Assembly: GCA_012523785.1 (NCBI GenBank)
Contig: JAAYTH010000014.1
Coordinates: forward strand, 8,995 to 72,994
Reading direction: 5' to 3'
DNA length: 64,000 nucleotides
Source: Bacillota bacterium
GTDB lineage: Bacteria > Bacillota > DTU030
How positions within the stretch are numbered: position 1 is the first letter of the stretch; every line of letters begins with the position of its first letter. The notes under the pieces are model-generated. The model did no database searches and was not told where the DNA came from. It saw only the letters and a list, made by a program, of their open reading frames with translations. Position numbers and translations under genes: made by a program. Of the stretch, positions 9,385-18,435 are shown piece by piece.

Positions 9385-9412
9385 CCAAAGCTGTAGAGCA
9401 TTTGGTTTTTTT
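9385..9412 (+). terminator. riboswitch expression-platform terminator
   Basis: CCAAA/TTTGG stem followed by a 7-T run, between the aptamer and the lysA RBS. Confidence 0.5.
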
Positions 9413-9468
9413 CATTCCAGCCGGCCCTGCCAACCCCACGAGCCAAATCAAGGAAGGAGCTGGGCATA

Positions 9469-10809
9469 ATGAATTTATCTGGCACCATATGTATCAATGG
9501 CCAGGGGCATTTGGAGATTGGTAAATGTGATGTTGTTGAACTGGCCAAAACCTATGGAACCCCCCTCTATGTGCTTGACGAGGATGGGATTAGACAGAAA
9601 TGCCGGGAGTATCTAGATGCTTTTAGATCATATTATCCCCGGTACAAGGTTCTCTATGCTGGTAAGGCCTTTTCTACCATGGCGATTTTTCGCTTGGTTG
9701 AACAGGAGGGTTTGGGTATTGATGTGGTTTCCGGGGGGGAATTGTATACTGCCCTGGCAGCAAATTTCTCCCCGAAAAACATTTACTTCCATGGGAATAA
9801 CAAAAGCATGGAGGAACTTAATTTTGCCCTATCCGCCGGTGTGGGACAGATTGTGGTTGATAACCCCTATGAGTTGGAAACCCTGGCCCAATTAGTGGAG
9901 GGAAGAAAAAAGAGGGTTGATATTCTTTTACGCCTGACCCCCGGGATTGAAACCCACACCCATCACTATATCCAAACCGGGCAGCTTGATTCCAAGTTCG
10001 GTATTTCCTTGGCTGGGGGGGCTGCCCTGGCTGCTGTAAAACAGGCTTTAAAATATCGGCGCTTAAAACTGAGGGGAATTCACTGCCACATTGGTTCCCA
10101 AGTGCACAATTCTGAATCCTTTGCCCTGGCAGCCCGGCGGATGGTTGAGTTCTTGGCCCAGATCCGGGAGGAAACCGGTCGGCAATTGCCGGAGCTAAAT
10201 CTCGGTGGTGGCTTGGGTATAGCCTACGCCAAGGAGGATAATCCAGAGCCTATTGCTCTTTATATCCGGCGGATTACCGAAGCTGTTAAGGCGGCTTGTT
10301 CTGAGGAGGACATTAACCTGCCCACATTGGTAGTTGAACCAGGACGTTCTTTGGTCGGCGAAGCGGGGGTTGCTATTTATAGAGTTGGAGCCATCAAAGA
10401 AATAGAGGGCATTAGAATCTATGTTTCTGTAGATGGGGGTATGGCTGACAATCCCCGTCCGGCCCTTTATGATGCTAAATATAAGGCAATCTTGGCCAAC
10501 AAGGCGGCAAGGTCTCCCGTACAAAAATATACCATTGCCGGCAAATGCTGTGAATCCGGGGATATACTCATCAAAGATGCTCACCTACCCCCGGTTGAAG
10601 CCGGTGATTTAATTGCTGTACCATCCAGTGGTGCCTACCAATATGCCATGGCCAGCAACTATAACAGATTGCCCCGGCCGGCGGTAGTAATGGCTTCCCA
10701 GGGCCGGGCTGAAGTTATTATTCGCCGGGAAACATATAACGATCTGGTGCGTTATGATCGTATTCCCTCCAGCTGGGGGGAGAAGGAATCCCTCTCTTTA
10801 GTAATGTAA
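9469..10809 (+). CDS. lysA: diaminopimelate decarboxylase
   Basis: 446 aa, PLP fold-III decarboxylase with clear LysA similarity. Confidence 0.9.
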   Translation: MNLSGTICINGQGHLEIGKCDVVELAKTYGTPLYVLDEDGIRQKCREYLDAFRSYYPRYKVLYAGKAFSTMAIFRLVEQEGLGIDVVSGGELYTALAANFSPKNIYFHGNNKSMEELNFALSAGVGQIVVDNPYELETLAQLVEGRKKRVDILLRLTPGIETHTHHYIQTGQLDSKFGISLAGGAALAAVKQALKYRRLKLRGIHCHIGSQVHNSESFALAARRMVEFLAQIREETGRQLPELNLGGGLGIAYAKEDNPEPIALYIRRITEAVKAACSEEDINLPTLVVEPGRSLVGEAGVAIYRVGAIKEIEGIRIYVSVDGGMADNPRPALYDAKYKAILANKAARSPVQKYTIAGKCCESGDILIKDAHLPPVEAGDLIAVPSSGAYQYAMASNYNRLPRPAVVMASQGRAEVIIRRETYNDLVRYDRIPSSWGEKESLSLVM

Positions 10810-10830
10810 AGCGCCCCCGGCGCTTTTTTT
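10810..10830 (+). terminator. rho-independent terminator after lysA
   Basis: AGCGCC/GGCGCT stem followed by a 7-T run. Confidence 0.75.
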
Positions 10831-10934
10831 CTTGCTGCCTTTATGATATAATTTTCTGTGTTGGGGTAGGGAAGACCATCATGTTGGCAATTGGATATGT
10901 TTAGCCACCTGAATTCCCAAGGGGGTAAAAACCA

Positions 10935-11573
10935 TTGTTTGGTCAGGATATGATTTTTCGGATTCCAGCACTTCTTTTGGCTATCACTGTGCATGAATAC
11001 GCCCATGGTAAAATGGCTGATTATTTGGGTGATCCTACGGCCAGGTATGCGGGAAGACTGACCCTTAATCCCCTGGCCCACCTGGACCCCTTGGGTTTAT
11101 TGATGCTGTGGATTTTTCGCTTTGGCTGGGCTAAACCGGTTCCCATCAACCCTTTTCATTTTCACAACCGGCGCCAGGGAATAATTTTGGTCTCCTTGGC
11201 CGGACCGGCGGCCAACCTAGTTACTGCCTTTGTTGTTTTATTGGTTTTCAAGTTTTGGCCGGGTACGGGCCTAGTTGTAAGACAGATACTTTCCTTAGCA
11301 TTTATTTACAACCTATATTTGGCTGTTTTTAACCTCATTCCTATACCCCCCCTGGATGGCTCTAAGGTTTTATGGGGATTTTTACCCCCATCCCGGGCCC
11401 ATGCCTTTTCCAAATTAGAAACCTATGGGCCTATCATATTGATCATACTTATTTATTTGGGCCTTGTCGGGCGCATTATCCTACCCATAGTGGCTGTATT
11501 GACCCATTTTTTAGAAACGATTACAGACTGGTTGGTTTTTGGAGTCATCTATAGATTTCTTTTGGGGTTTTAG
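10935..11573 (+). CDS. site-2-protease-family (M50) membrane metallopeptidase, small YwhC-like
   Basis: HEYAH zinc motif and an NLIPIPPLDG motif; TTG start. Confidence 0.65.
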   Translation: MFGQDMIFRIPALLLAITVHEYAHGKMADYLGDPTARYAGRLTLNPLAHLDPLGLLMLWIFRFGWAKPVPINPFHFHNRRQGIILVSLAGPAANLVTAFVVLLVFKFWPGTGLVVRQILSLAFIYNLYLAVFNLIPIPPLDGSKVLWGFLPPSRAHAFSKLETYGPIILIILIYLGLVGRIILPIVAVLTHFLETITDWLVFGVIYRFLLGF

Positions 11574-11600
11574 ATATTTTCAGAATGGAGGTATATTTAT

Positions 11601-12581
11601 ATGGTGCGGGGTAGAGTACTTAACGGAATGCGTCCCACCAGCAAGCTGCATTTGGGAAACTACCTGGGTTCGGTGGTTAACATGGTTAAACTGCAGGAGG
11701 AGTACGAATGTTTTTACACAATTGTGGATTGGCATGCCTTGACAACGGGCTATGAGGATACCGCCCAACTGCAGGAAAATATTCTTGATATTGCCCTTGA
11801 CTGGCTCAGTGCCGGGGTAGATCCTGAAAAATGTGTGGTGTTTGTCCAATCCCATGTGAAGGAACATGCAGAACTGCATCTCCTCTTGTCAATGTTTACC
11901 CCCCTGGGCTGGCTGGAACGGGTCCCGACCTATAAAGAACAATTGCGGGAACTCAAGGACAGGAATATACATACCTATGGTTTCCTTGGTTATCCCCTCT
12001 TGATGGCGGCTGATATTCTGGCCTACAAGGCCGACACGGTCCCGGTGGGCGAGGATCAGCTTCCCCACTTGGAACTGTCCCGGGAGGTCGTTCGGCGTTT
12101 TAATCATCTTTTTCAGCCGGTTTTTCCCGAACCCCAGGCTAAATTAACCCGGGTGCCTATGCTCCCCGGGATAGACGGACGGAAAATGAGCAAAAGTTAT
12201 GGCAATCATATCCCCATGTCTGCCGGCCCCAATACCATAAGGGAGAAGGTACAGCTGATGGTAACAGACCCGGCCAGGGTGAAAAAGACGGATCCTGGTC
12301 ACCCTGAGGTCTGTACAGTTGCTGCCTTTTACAAGGTATTCTTACCCGAGGGTGTAGATGAGGTTTTTGCCCAGTGCCGGGCTGGAAGCATTGGCTGTGT
12401 TGCTTGCAAGGAGCAATTGATGGATCTTATTATTGAGCGGATGGCACCGATTTACAAGCGGCGGTCAGAACTGGAAAAGGAACCCGATACCATTCGGGAT
12501 ATTCTCAAAAAGGGAGCAGAGCGGGCACGGGAAGTGGCGGCTACTACCTTGGATGAGGTCCGGCGGGCCATGAATGTTTGA
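11601..12581 (+). CDS. trpS: tryptophan--tRNA ligase
   Basis: Class I aaRS with a KMSKS motif and TrpS similarity. Confidence 0.9.
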   Translation: MVRGRVLNGMRPTSKLHLGNYLGSVVNMVKLQEEYECFYTIVDWHALTTGYEDTAQLQENILDIALDWLSAGVDPEKCVVFVQSHVKEHAELHLLLSMFTPLGWLERVPTYKEQLRELKDRNIHTYGFLGYPLLMAADILAYKADTVPVGEDQLPHLELSREVVRRFNHLFQPVFPEPQAKLTRVPMLPGIDGRKMSKSYGNHIPMSAGPNTIREKVQLMVTDPARVKKTDPGHPEVCTVAAFYKVFLPEGVDEVFAQCRAGSIGCVACKEQLMDLIIERMAPIYKRRSELEKEPDTIRDILKKGAERAREVAATTLDEVRRAMNV

Positions 12582-12600
12582 TTTATGGAAGTGAGCCCCG

Positions 12601-13323
12601 GTGACTTATAAAGTTCGGCTGGAAAATTTTGAGGGCCCCTTTGATCTTCTAATACATCTTATCGAGAAGGCGGAAATCGATATCCATGACATCCCCATCG
12701 CCCGGATCACCGAAGACTACTTGGGATACTTGGCGGGGTGGGAAGACATAAACATTGATGCAGCCAGTGAATTTTTGTTGCTGGCCTCCAGGTTGATTGA
12801 AATTAAGTCGAAAATCCTCCTGCCGGTTCCGAGGGAACATGTATTAGAGGGTGATCTTGACGATCCTCGGGATGAATTGGTGGAGCGCCTATTGGAGTAC
12901 AGACTTTTTCGCCAGCTGGCAGCCACACTAAAGGAAATTGCCCTGACAGAGGGGGAAATTTTCAGCAAGGGTATGGATAAATCCTCCGACTGGTTTCCGG
13001 AAGGACAGCCTTTGGAGGGTGTTACCCTTTTGGATCTTACCAATGCCTTCTGGGCAGTCCTGGAAGGGATGCCCGAACCGCCGCTGTTGCGACTTAGCGA
13101 AAAAAAGTTAAGTGTTGAAGAAAGGATAGAAAAACTGTGTAATATGTTGGAAAGCTCGGGTTCGGGGCTCTTGTTCGGGGGGCTTTTCCCTTCCGGGTGT
13201 AATCGCCTGGAAATAATCGTAACCTTCTTGGCCCTTCTAGAGCTTATCCATCGTGGTTATGCCACGGCCTGTCAAGAAGAAAATTTTGGGGATATTTTCA
13301 TTCACTGGTATGGGAGGTTATAA
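12601..13323 (+). CDS. scpA: segregation and condensation protein A
   Basis: ScpA N-terminus (FEGPFDLLIHLI). Confidence 0.85.
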   Translation: MTYKVRLENFEGPFDLLIHLIEKAEIDIHDIPIARITEDYLGYLAGWEDINIDAASEFLLLASRLIEIKSKILLPVPREHVLEGDLDDPRDELVERLLEYRLFRQLAATLKEIALTEGEIFSKGMDKSSDWFPEGQPLEGVTLLDLTNAFWAVLEGMPEPPLLRLSEKKLSVEERIEKLCNMLESSGSGLLFGGLFPSGCNRLEIIVTFLALLELIHRGYATACQEENFGDIFIHWYGRL

Positions 13324-13337
13324 CAATTCACCAATCA

Positions 13338-13901
13338 TTGCCAGCTTTAATGGAGGCCCTTCTTTTTGTGGCCGGGACCCCCCTGACTATTGCAGAGATC
13401 TGTGCCGCAGCTGACCTTGCGCCGGATGATGCAAAATTGGCCCTGGGGGAACTCCAGTCCCAATATGAAAGGGAAGGGAGGGGCCTAAGGCTACGGTTTG
13501 TTGCCGGGGGTTACCAGCTGTGTACCCGGGCTGAATACGCACCCTATATCGAGTCCCTTCTGGGTGGGCGGGAAAAGAATGTGCTTTCCCAGGCTGCTTT
13601 AGAAACACTGGCAATTGTGGCCTATAAGCAACCTGTTACCAGGCATGAAGTTGAAAACATCAGGGGTGTAAGGATTGACAGTGTTCTCAATACCCTGTTG
13701 GAAAAGAAGTTGGTCAAGGAGGTTGGAAGAAAGACTGGGCCGGGTAGGCCGATTCTTTATGGTACGACCCGGGAATTCTTGACTTCCTTTGGGTTACGGG
13801 ATATCAGCGATTTGCCTGAATTGGGTGCCGAATCTGCACGGGACACAAAAGCGGAATTTAAAACCGAAGCCGAATTAGATAGGAAAGAAACCTCCCCCTA
13901 A
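13338..13901 (+). CDS. scpB: segregation and condensation protein B
   Basis: ScpB winged-helix protein, adjacent to scpA. Confidence 0.85.
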   Translation: MPALMEALLFVAGTPLTIAEICAAADLAPDDAKLALGELQSQYEREGRGLRLRFVAGGYQLCTRAEYAPYIESLLGGREKNVLSQAALETLAIVAYKQPVTRHEVENIRGVRIDSVLNTLLEKKLVKEVGRKTGPGRPILYGTTREFLTSFGLRDISDLPELGAESARDTKAEFKTEAELDRKETSP

Positions 13902-13913
13902 AGGGGGTTTTTT
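13894..13913 (+). terminator. rho-independent terminator overlapping the scpB stop
   Basis: CCCCC/GGGGG stem followed by TTTTTTG. Confidence 0.7.
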
Positions 13914-13971
13914 GTATTTATTTCCTAATATTGGTTAGGATAGTGATATATGATGAAGGAAGGCTGGTAAG

Positions 13972-14610
13972 GTGTTCTACTTGTTGATGCTTGGCTTTGT
14001 TTTGTTCTTTCTTCTTTTATTGTGCCTTCCCCTGCGGATAAAAGTCACCTATCACTACCATGCCGGTGGATCCAAACTAAGTTTTTGTTTGCAGGTGCTG
14101 GGGGCTAGTTTTCACCTAGAACCTGGAAAGCGTTATCCCATAAAGACTAGGGACCGACGGGAGGATAGACGGGAAAAGCCGATAAATTTGGCTACATTTA
14201 TATGTACCTGGAAAAAATGGAAGGGATATATAAAGCTGGTGCTGCCCCCTTTGAAACGGTTTTTTTCCCGAAGCAAAATAGATATTAGCCAATTGTGCTT
14301 GAAGGTTGGCACCGGGAATGCGGCAGAGACGGGGATTATTGTAGGTCTGCTCTGGGGTGGCATAGGACTGATAGGCCCCCTTCTATTTCCCCGGGTCAAG
14401 TTTGCACCCCGGATAACACCTGTATACAATCGTCAGGTTCTTAATATATATTTCAGCGGTATATTGGAAGTAGGTCTGGTACATATTATTACTGTGGTGG
14501 TGGGCATGCTTATGTCATTATTGGGGGAAAAATATTCCCGGAAGGGAGAGGAGTTTAGTGGCGGAACATCCAATCCGGGGCTTAATGCAAACTGCCCTGG
14601 AAAGTATTAA
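13972..14610 (+). CDS. ytfI: sporulation membrane protein, YtfI-like (DUF2953)
   Basis: N-terminal TM segment and pairing with ytfJ as in B. subtilis; identification rests mainly on synteny. Confidence 0.45.
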   Translation: MFYLLMLGFVLFFLLLLCLPLRIKVTYHYHAGGSKLSFCLQVLGASFHLEPGKRYPIKTRDRREDRREKPINLATFICTWKKWKGYIKLVLPPLKRFFSRSKIDISQLCLKVGTGNAAETGIIVGLLWGGIGLIGPLLFPRVKFAPRITPVYNRQVLNIYFSGILEVGLVHIITVVVGMLMSLLGEKYSRKGEEFSGGTSNPGLNANCPGKY

Positions 14611-14992
14611 GGAGATGGTTGATGTCAACACCATTGTCGGTGATGCTGTAGAAACGCCCGACGGTAGTGTTGTTATTCCAATTTCCCGGGTTAGTTTTGG
14701 TTTTGCTTCTGGTGGGGGGGATTGTGGGGGAAGTGTTGATGATAATCAAAAAGATCCCCTCCCCTTTGCCGGGGGCAGTGGGGCCGGAGTGTCTATACAG
14801 CCAGTTGCTTTTCTAGTGGTGGGGCGGGGTCAGGTAAGGCTATTACCCGTCGACAGCAGGGCTATGTATGACCGACTTATTGACTTGGCTCCCCAAGTGC
14901 TGAAACAATTGGGCCTTGTGGTCGACAAAGAAGGCGGCAAAGTAGGAGATGAATTTGGGCCGCCTCCTCCAGATTACCAACCTTGGGAGTGA
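14558..14992 (+). CDS. ytfJ: sporulation protein YtfJ/GerW
   Basis: YtfJ signature (DVNTIVGD...VIPISRVSFGFASGGG); GTG start, 53-nt out-of-frame overlap with the upstream gene. Confidence 0.7.
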   Translation: MAEHPIRGLMQTALESIKEMVDVNTIVGDAVETPDGSVVIPISRVSFGFASGGGDCGGSVDDNQKDPLPFAGGSGAGVSIQPVAFLVVGRGQVRLLPVDSRAMYDRLIDLAPQVLKQLGLVVDKEGGKVGDEFGPPPPDYQPWE

Positions 14993-15154
14993 TTAATAAA
15001 AAGGTTGAAATTTGCCAATAACTGCATACCGATAACTCACCCAACCATTTCTCCCATTTCTAACGGGCATGTTTTTTTAAGGGATAGGGCAGGATTGTTG
15101 AAACCCTAGGGAGAAATAATCCATAAGGATTCTAGCAAAAGGGGTGTTGTTAAA

Positions 15155-15562
15155 ATGCAGTTAAAAGAAGCAGTAGACCTTATCTGGCAAAACCGTCGCT
15201 ACATAACCATGGATCCCAAGCAGGCATTAAGCCATCTTAATGAAGAGGTTGCCGAATCCCTCAATGCCTTTTTGCGGAATGATAAGGAAAGGGCCGGGGA
15301 AGAGCTGGGGGATGCCTTATCTTGTCTCTTTATTGCCATAAAGGTGTTGGACATGGATGCCGAGGAAATGGTCCGGCTCCAGGTAGAGAAAATGCAAAAA
15401 CGCGGGGACAAAGTGATGATCATTACTGAAAAGCGGGTGGAAATATACGTCAACGGGGAACTAAAGGGGGGATGGTCCATCTGGGGGCCAGAGGATCGGG
15501 ACCAGGCACGCCAAATTGCCACTGAATTCGGCTGCCAGGTAGTTGAGGAAAACCCCCTCTAA
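15155..15562 (+). CDS. MazG-like nucleotide pyrophosphohydrolase domain protein with a short C-terminal extension
   Basis: All-alpha NTP-PPase motif pattern (HLNEEVAE...EELGD). Confidence 0.5.
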   Translation: MQLKEAVDLIWQNRRYITMDPKQALSHLNEEVAESLNAFLRNDKERAGEELGDALSCLFIAIKVLDMDAEEMVRLQVEKMQKRGDKVMIITEKRVEIYVNGELKGGWSIWGPEDRDQARQIATEFGCQVVEENPL

Positions 15563-15574
15563 AGTCTATACCAA

Positions 15575-15608
15575 ACCGCCTGAATCATGAATCAGGCGGT
15601 TGTTGTTC
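15575..15608 (+). terminator. rho-independent terminator
   Basis: About 11-bp CCGCCTGATTCA-type stem followed by a U-rich tract. Confidence 0.65.
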
Positions 15609-15665
15609 TATGCCCCCACCTTCCTTCATATCCTAAAGACGAAGATGTTGGGGGAGGTGGTGCCC

Positions 15666-16268
15666 ATGATCAATAGAATTTGGCTAGGTTTTTTGTCCAT
15701 AGGTGTTGTAGCGGCATTGGTGACGGGTCAGCCGGAAATGGTGACCAGGGCGGTGACGGAGGGCAGTGAATTGGCAGTTCATACGGCCATTGGGCTTGTG
15801 GGGACCATGGCCTTTTGGTTGGGTCTTATGGGTATTGCGGAGGATGCCGGTTTAATTATTACCCTGGCCGGTATTATCCGCCCCTTTGTAAGATGGCTTT
15901 TTCCCGATGTGCCCCTGGAGCATCCGGCCATGGGTACTATACTCTTGAATATGGGTGCCAATCTGCTGGGCCTGGGAAATGCCGCCACCCCCCTGGGACT
16001 GAAGGCCATGGCCCAACTACAGGAATTAAATGCCCATCCGGATCTCGCATCCAACAGCATGTGTACCCTGCTGGCCATAAATACCTCCAGCATCACCCTG
16101 GTGCCGACCATGGTAATAGCAGTTCGGGCCGCAGCCGGATCTCTTAATCCGGCGGAGATCCTAGGTACTACCATCATTGCTACTACTTGCTCTACAGCGG
16201 CGGCTCTAATTGTCGATGCTTACTGTCGTTACTGCCGTGGCCCGGTGGGGGGTGGTAAAAAATGCTAG
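15666..16268 (+). CDS. spmA: spore maturation protein A
   Basis: SpmA nucleoside-transporter-like membrane protein. Confidence 0.8.
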   Translation: MINRIWLGFLSIGVVAALVTGQPEMVTRAVTEGSELAVHTAIGLVGTMAFWLGLMGIAEDAGLIITLAGIIRPFVRWLFPDVPLEHPAMGTILLNMGANLLGLGNAATPLGLKAMAQLQELNAHPDLASNSMCTLLAINTSSITLVPTMVIAVRAAAGSLNPAEILGTTIIATTCSTAAALIVDAYCRYCRGPVGGGKKC

Positions 16269-16804
16269 TACCCCTTTTGGAAATGGTGTCTTATGGTGCA
16301 ATTCCCCTTTTAATTATTGCCATTCCCCTTTATGCCCATCTTCGGGGGGTCGATGTATTTGCCTCCTTTATCCGGGGGGCTGAAGAAGGATTAAAGACGG
16401 CAATTAGAATAATCCCCCATCTGGTGGCGATGCTGGTGGCAATTGAACTACTTAGATTATCGGGAGTGTTGAATTTGCTGATACAAATCCTAAGGCCACT
16501 CCTAATTTGGGGAGGTGTTCCGGCAGAGGTTTTGCCCTTGGCACTTATACGTCCCTTATCAGGCAGTGCCGCCTTTGGACTTACTGTGGATCTTATTAAC
16601 ACCCATGGGCCCGATTCCTTCGTTGGCCGTCTAGCTTCCACCATGCAGGGAAGCACCGATACGACCTTCTACATTTTGACGGTTTATTTTGGCTCTGTGG
16701 GGATTAAAAAGGTCCGGCATGCCCTCCTGGCCGGTATTTTGGGTGATATTGCTGGCTTTTTAGCCGCTGTCTATATTTGTCAAATGGTTTTTGGACCGAC
16801 ATGA
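16262..16804 (+). CDS. spmB: spore maturation protein B
   Basis: SpmB family; overlaps the end of spmA. Confidence 0.8.
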   Translation: MLVPLLEMVSYGAIPLLIIAIPLYAHLRGVDVFASFIRGAEEGLKTAIRIIPHLVAMLVAIELLRLSGVLNLLIQILRPLLIWGGVPAEVLPLALIRPLSGSAAFGLTVDLINTHGPDSFVGRLASTMQGSTDTTFYILTVYFGSVGIKKVRHALLAGILGDIAGFLAAVYICQMVFGPT

Positions 16805-16880
16805 CTGGGACTGTTGTTGTATTATAGATACTAGGACAGCTGGTCTGTTAGATTGTTTGTATGTCCCAATATAAGAGAGA

Positions 16881-17606
16881 GTGGGGGAAACGGTGCGTTT
16901 GCAAAAATACTTATCCGCCGCTGGAGTTGCCTCCCGTCGCAAATCAGAAGAACTAATTCGGCAGGGGAGGGTTAGGGTCAACGGGGAAATAGCTATCCTG
17001 GGCATTAGGGTGCTGCCCGATCGGGATATCGTTGAGGTTGATGGAAAAAGGGTCACAAGGGAAGAAAAAGTGTACATAATGTTAAATAAACCTGCCGGGG
17101 TAATTACTAGCTGCCGGGATCCCCGGGGACGGACAACGGTAATAGATTTACTTACCGGCATAACCGCTGCCGTACATCCGGTGGGCAGGTTGGATTACGA
17201 TAGTGAAGGGCTGTTATTATTGACCAATGATGGTGACCTAACTTACCGTTTGACCCATCCCAGCTACCAAGTTAAAAAAACTTACCATGTTTTAATTAAA
17301 GGTGTACCGACCCAGGAGGATGTCCAAAAGTTGCGTCAAGGGATTTTACTGGAAGATGGTTGGACAGCCCCGGCCGGTATTCGGGTGTTGGGGCCCCGGA
17401 AGGGCGGCATATTAATAGAGTTTACAATCCATGAGGGGCGGAATAGACAGGTGCGGCGAATGTGGGCCAGCATGGGCTATTGGGTAATAAGGTTGCGCCG
17501 GGTAAAATTCGGCCCTTTAACCTTGGGGGGGCTAGAGCCCGGAAGGTTTCGTTATCTTGACCGCCGGGATGTGATGAGGCTAAAAGGTGTATTTAGGGAC
17601 CCTTGA
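16881..17606 (+). CDS. rluB: 23S rRNA pseudouridine synthase (RluB family, S4 domain)
   Basis: S4 domain and RsuA/RluB catalytic motif. Confidence 0.8.
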   Translation: MGETVRLQKYLSAAGVASRRKSEELIRQGRVRVNGEIAILGIRVLPDRDIVEVDGKRVTREEKVYIMLNKPAGVITSCRDPRGRTTVIDLLTGITAAVHPVGRLDYDSEGLLLLTNDGDLTYRLTHPSYQVKKTYHVLIKGVPTQEDVQKLRQGILLEDGWTAPAGIRVLGPRKGGILIEFTIHEGRNRQVRRMWASMGYWVIRLRRVKFGPLTLGGLEPGRFRYLDRRDVMRLKGVFRDP

Positions 17607-17668
17607 CTTGTTTTCTTCCCCCCGACTACGATATAATTGTTATGTGAATGGGGAAGGAGCCGCAAGAA

Positions 17669-18403
17669 ATGAAGGGCCTGCTGATTGCTATCCAATTTCT
17701 TACCATAATTCCGGTCCGGGGCAATTTTCAAATGAGGGATTTTTCCGGAGCCACCATCTTTTTTCCCCTCATTGGTTTATTAATTGGTTCCATCTTAGGA
17801 CTACTTTACTTCGTAACGTCTTTTTATTTCACATCCTTTACGGCGTCGGCAGTGATAGTAGTAGGGGAAATAATATTAACCAGCGGCTTGCACCTGGATG
17901 GCTTTATAGACACTATTGATGCCCTAGCCAGTGGAAAAGATAGGGAGGCAACCCTGGCTATTTTTAGGGATATCCATACCGGGGCAAAAAGTGTCTTGGC
18001 AGTTTTTGCCCTACTTTTGGGCAAATTTGTATTGGTGGCTGAATTTCCCCCCCCCATAATTTACCCCCTTTTGCTGACCATGCCTGTAATAGGCCGTTGG
18101 ATACAGGTGGGGGCTATGGCACTTTTCCCCTATGCCCGGGAAGCTGGATTGGGGACGGGTTTTATTAATAATATAGGCCCGTGGCATTTACTTGCTGCTA
18201 CCCTTTTCACCCTGGTGGCAACCGGCTGTCTCCTTGGTATTCCCGGGCTGACCGGTATGGTGCTTATAGGTATCATGGCCTATGGCTGTGCCGTCTTGCT
18301 ATCCCGCCGTTTAGGGGGGTTGGTGGGGGATATTTACGGTGCTTTTGGTGAAGTGGGGGAGGTTTTTTTATTATTGCTAATGGCTGTTTTTATTAGGTTG
18401 TGA
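17669..18403 (+). CDS. cobS: adenosylcobinamide-GDP ribazoletransferase (cobalamin synthase)
   Basis: CobS membrane protein signature. Confidence 0.85.
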   Translation: MKGLLIAIQFLTIIPVRGNFQMRDFSGATIFFPLIGLLIGSILGLLYFVTSFYFTSFTASAVIVVGEIILTSGLHLDGFIDTIDALASGKDREATLAIFRDIHTGAKSVLAVFALLLGKFVLVAEFPPPIIYPLLLTMPVIGRWIQVGAMALFPYAREAGLGTGFINNIGPWHLLAATLFTLVATGCLLGIPGLTGMVLIGIMAYGCAVLLSRRLGGLVGDIYGAFGEVGEVFLLLLMAVFIRL

Positions 18404-18435
18404 AAATTTTATCTAGTTGCTAAAGGGGGAAATAA

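Noticed and set aside
15815-16147. 110-aa + strand ORF (Gly/Cys/Tyr-rich)
   Set aside because: It is out of frame inside spmA and compositionally odd, so it was treated as spurious.
16805-17668. Cobalamin riboswitch expected upstream of cobS or the btu genes
   Set aside because: I searched for the B12-box and for a ~200-nt leader. The gaps are only 40-76 nt, so no riboswitch is called here.
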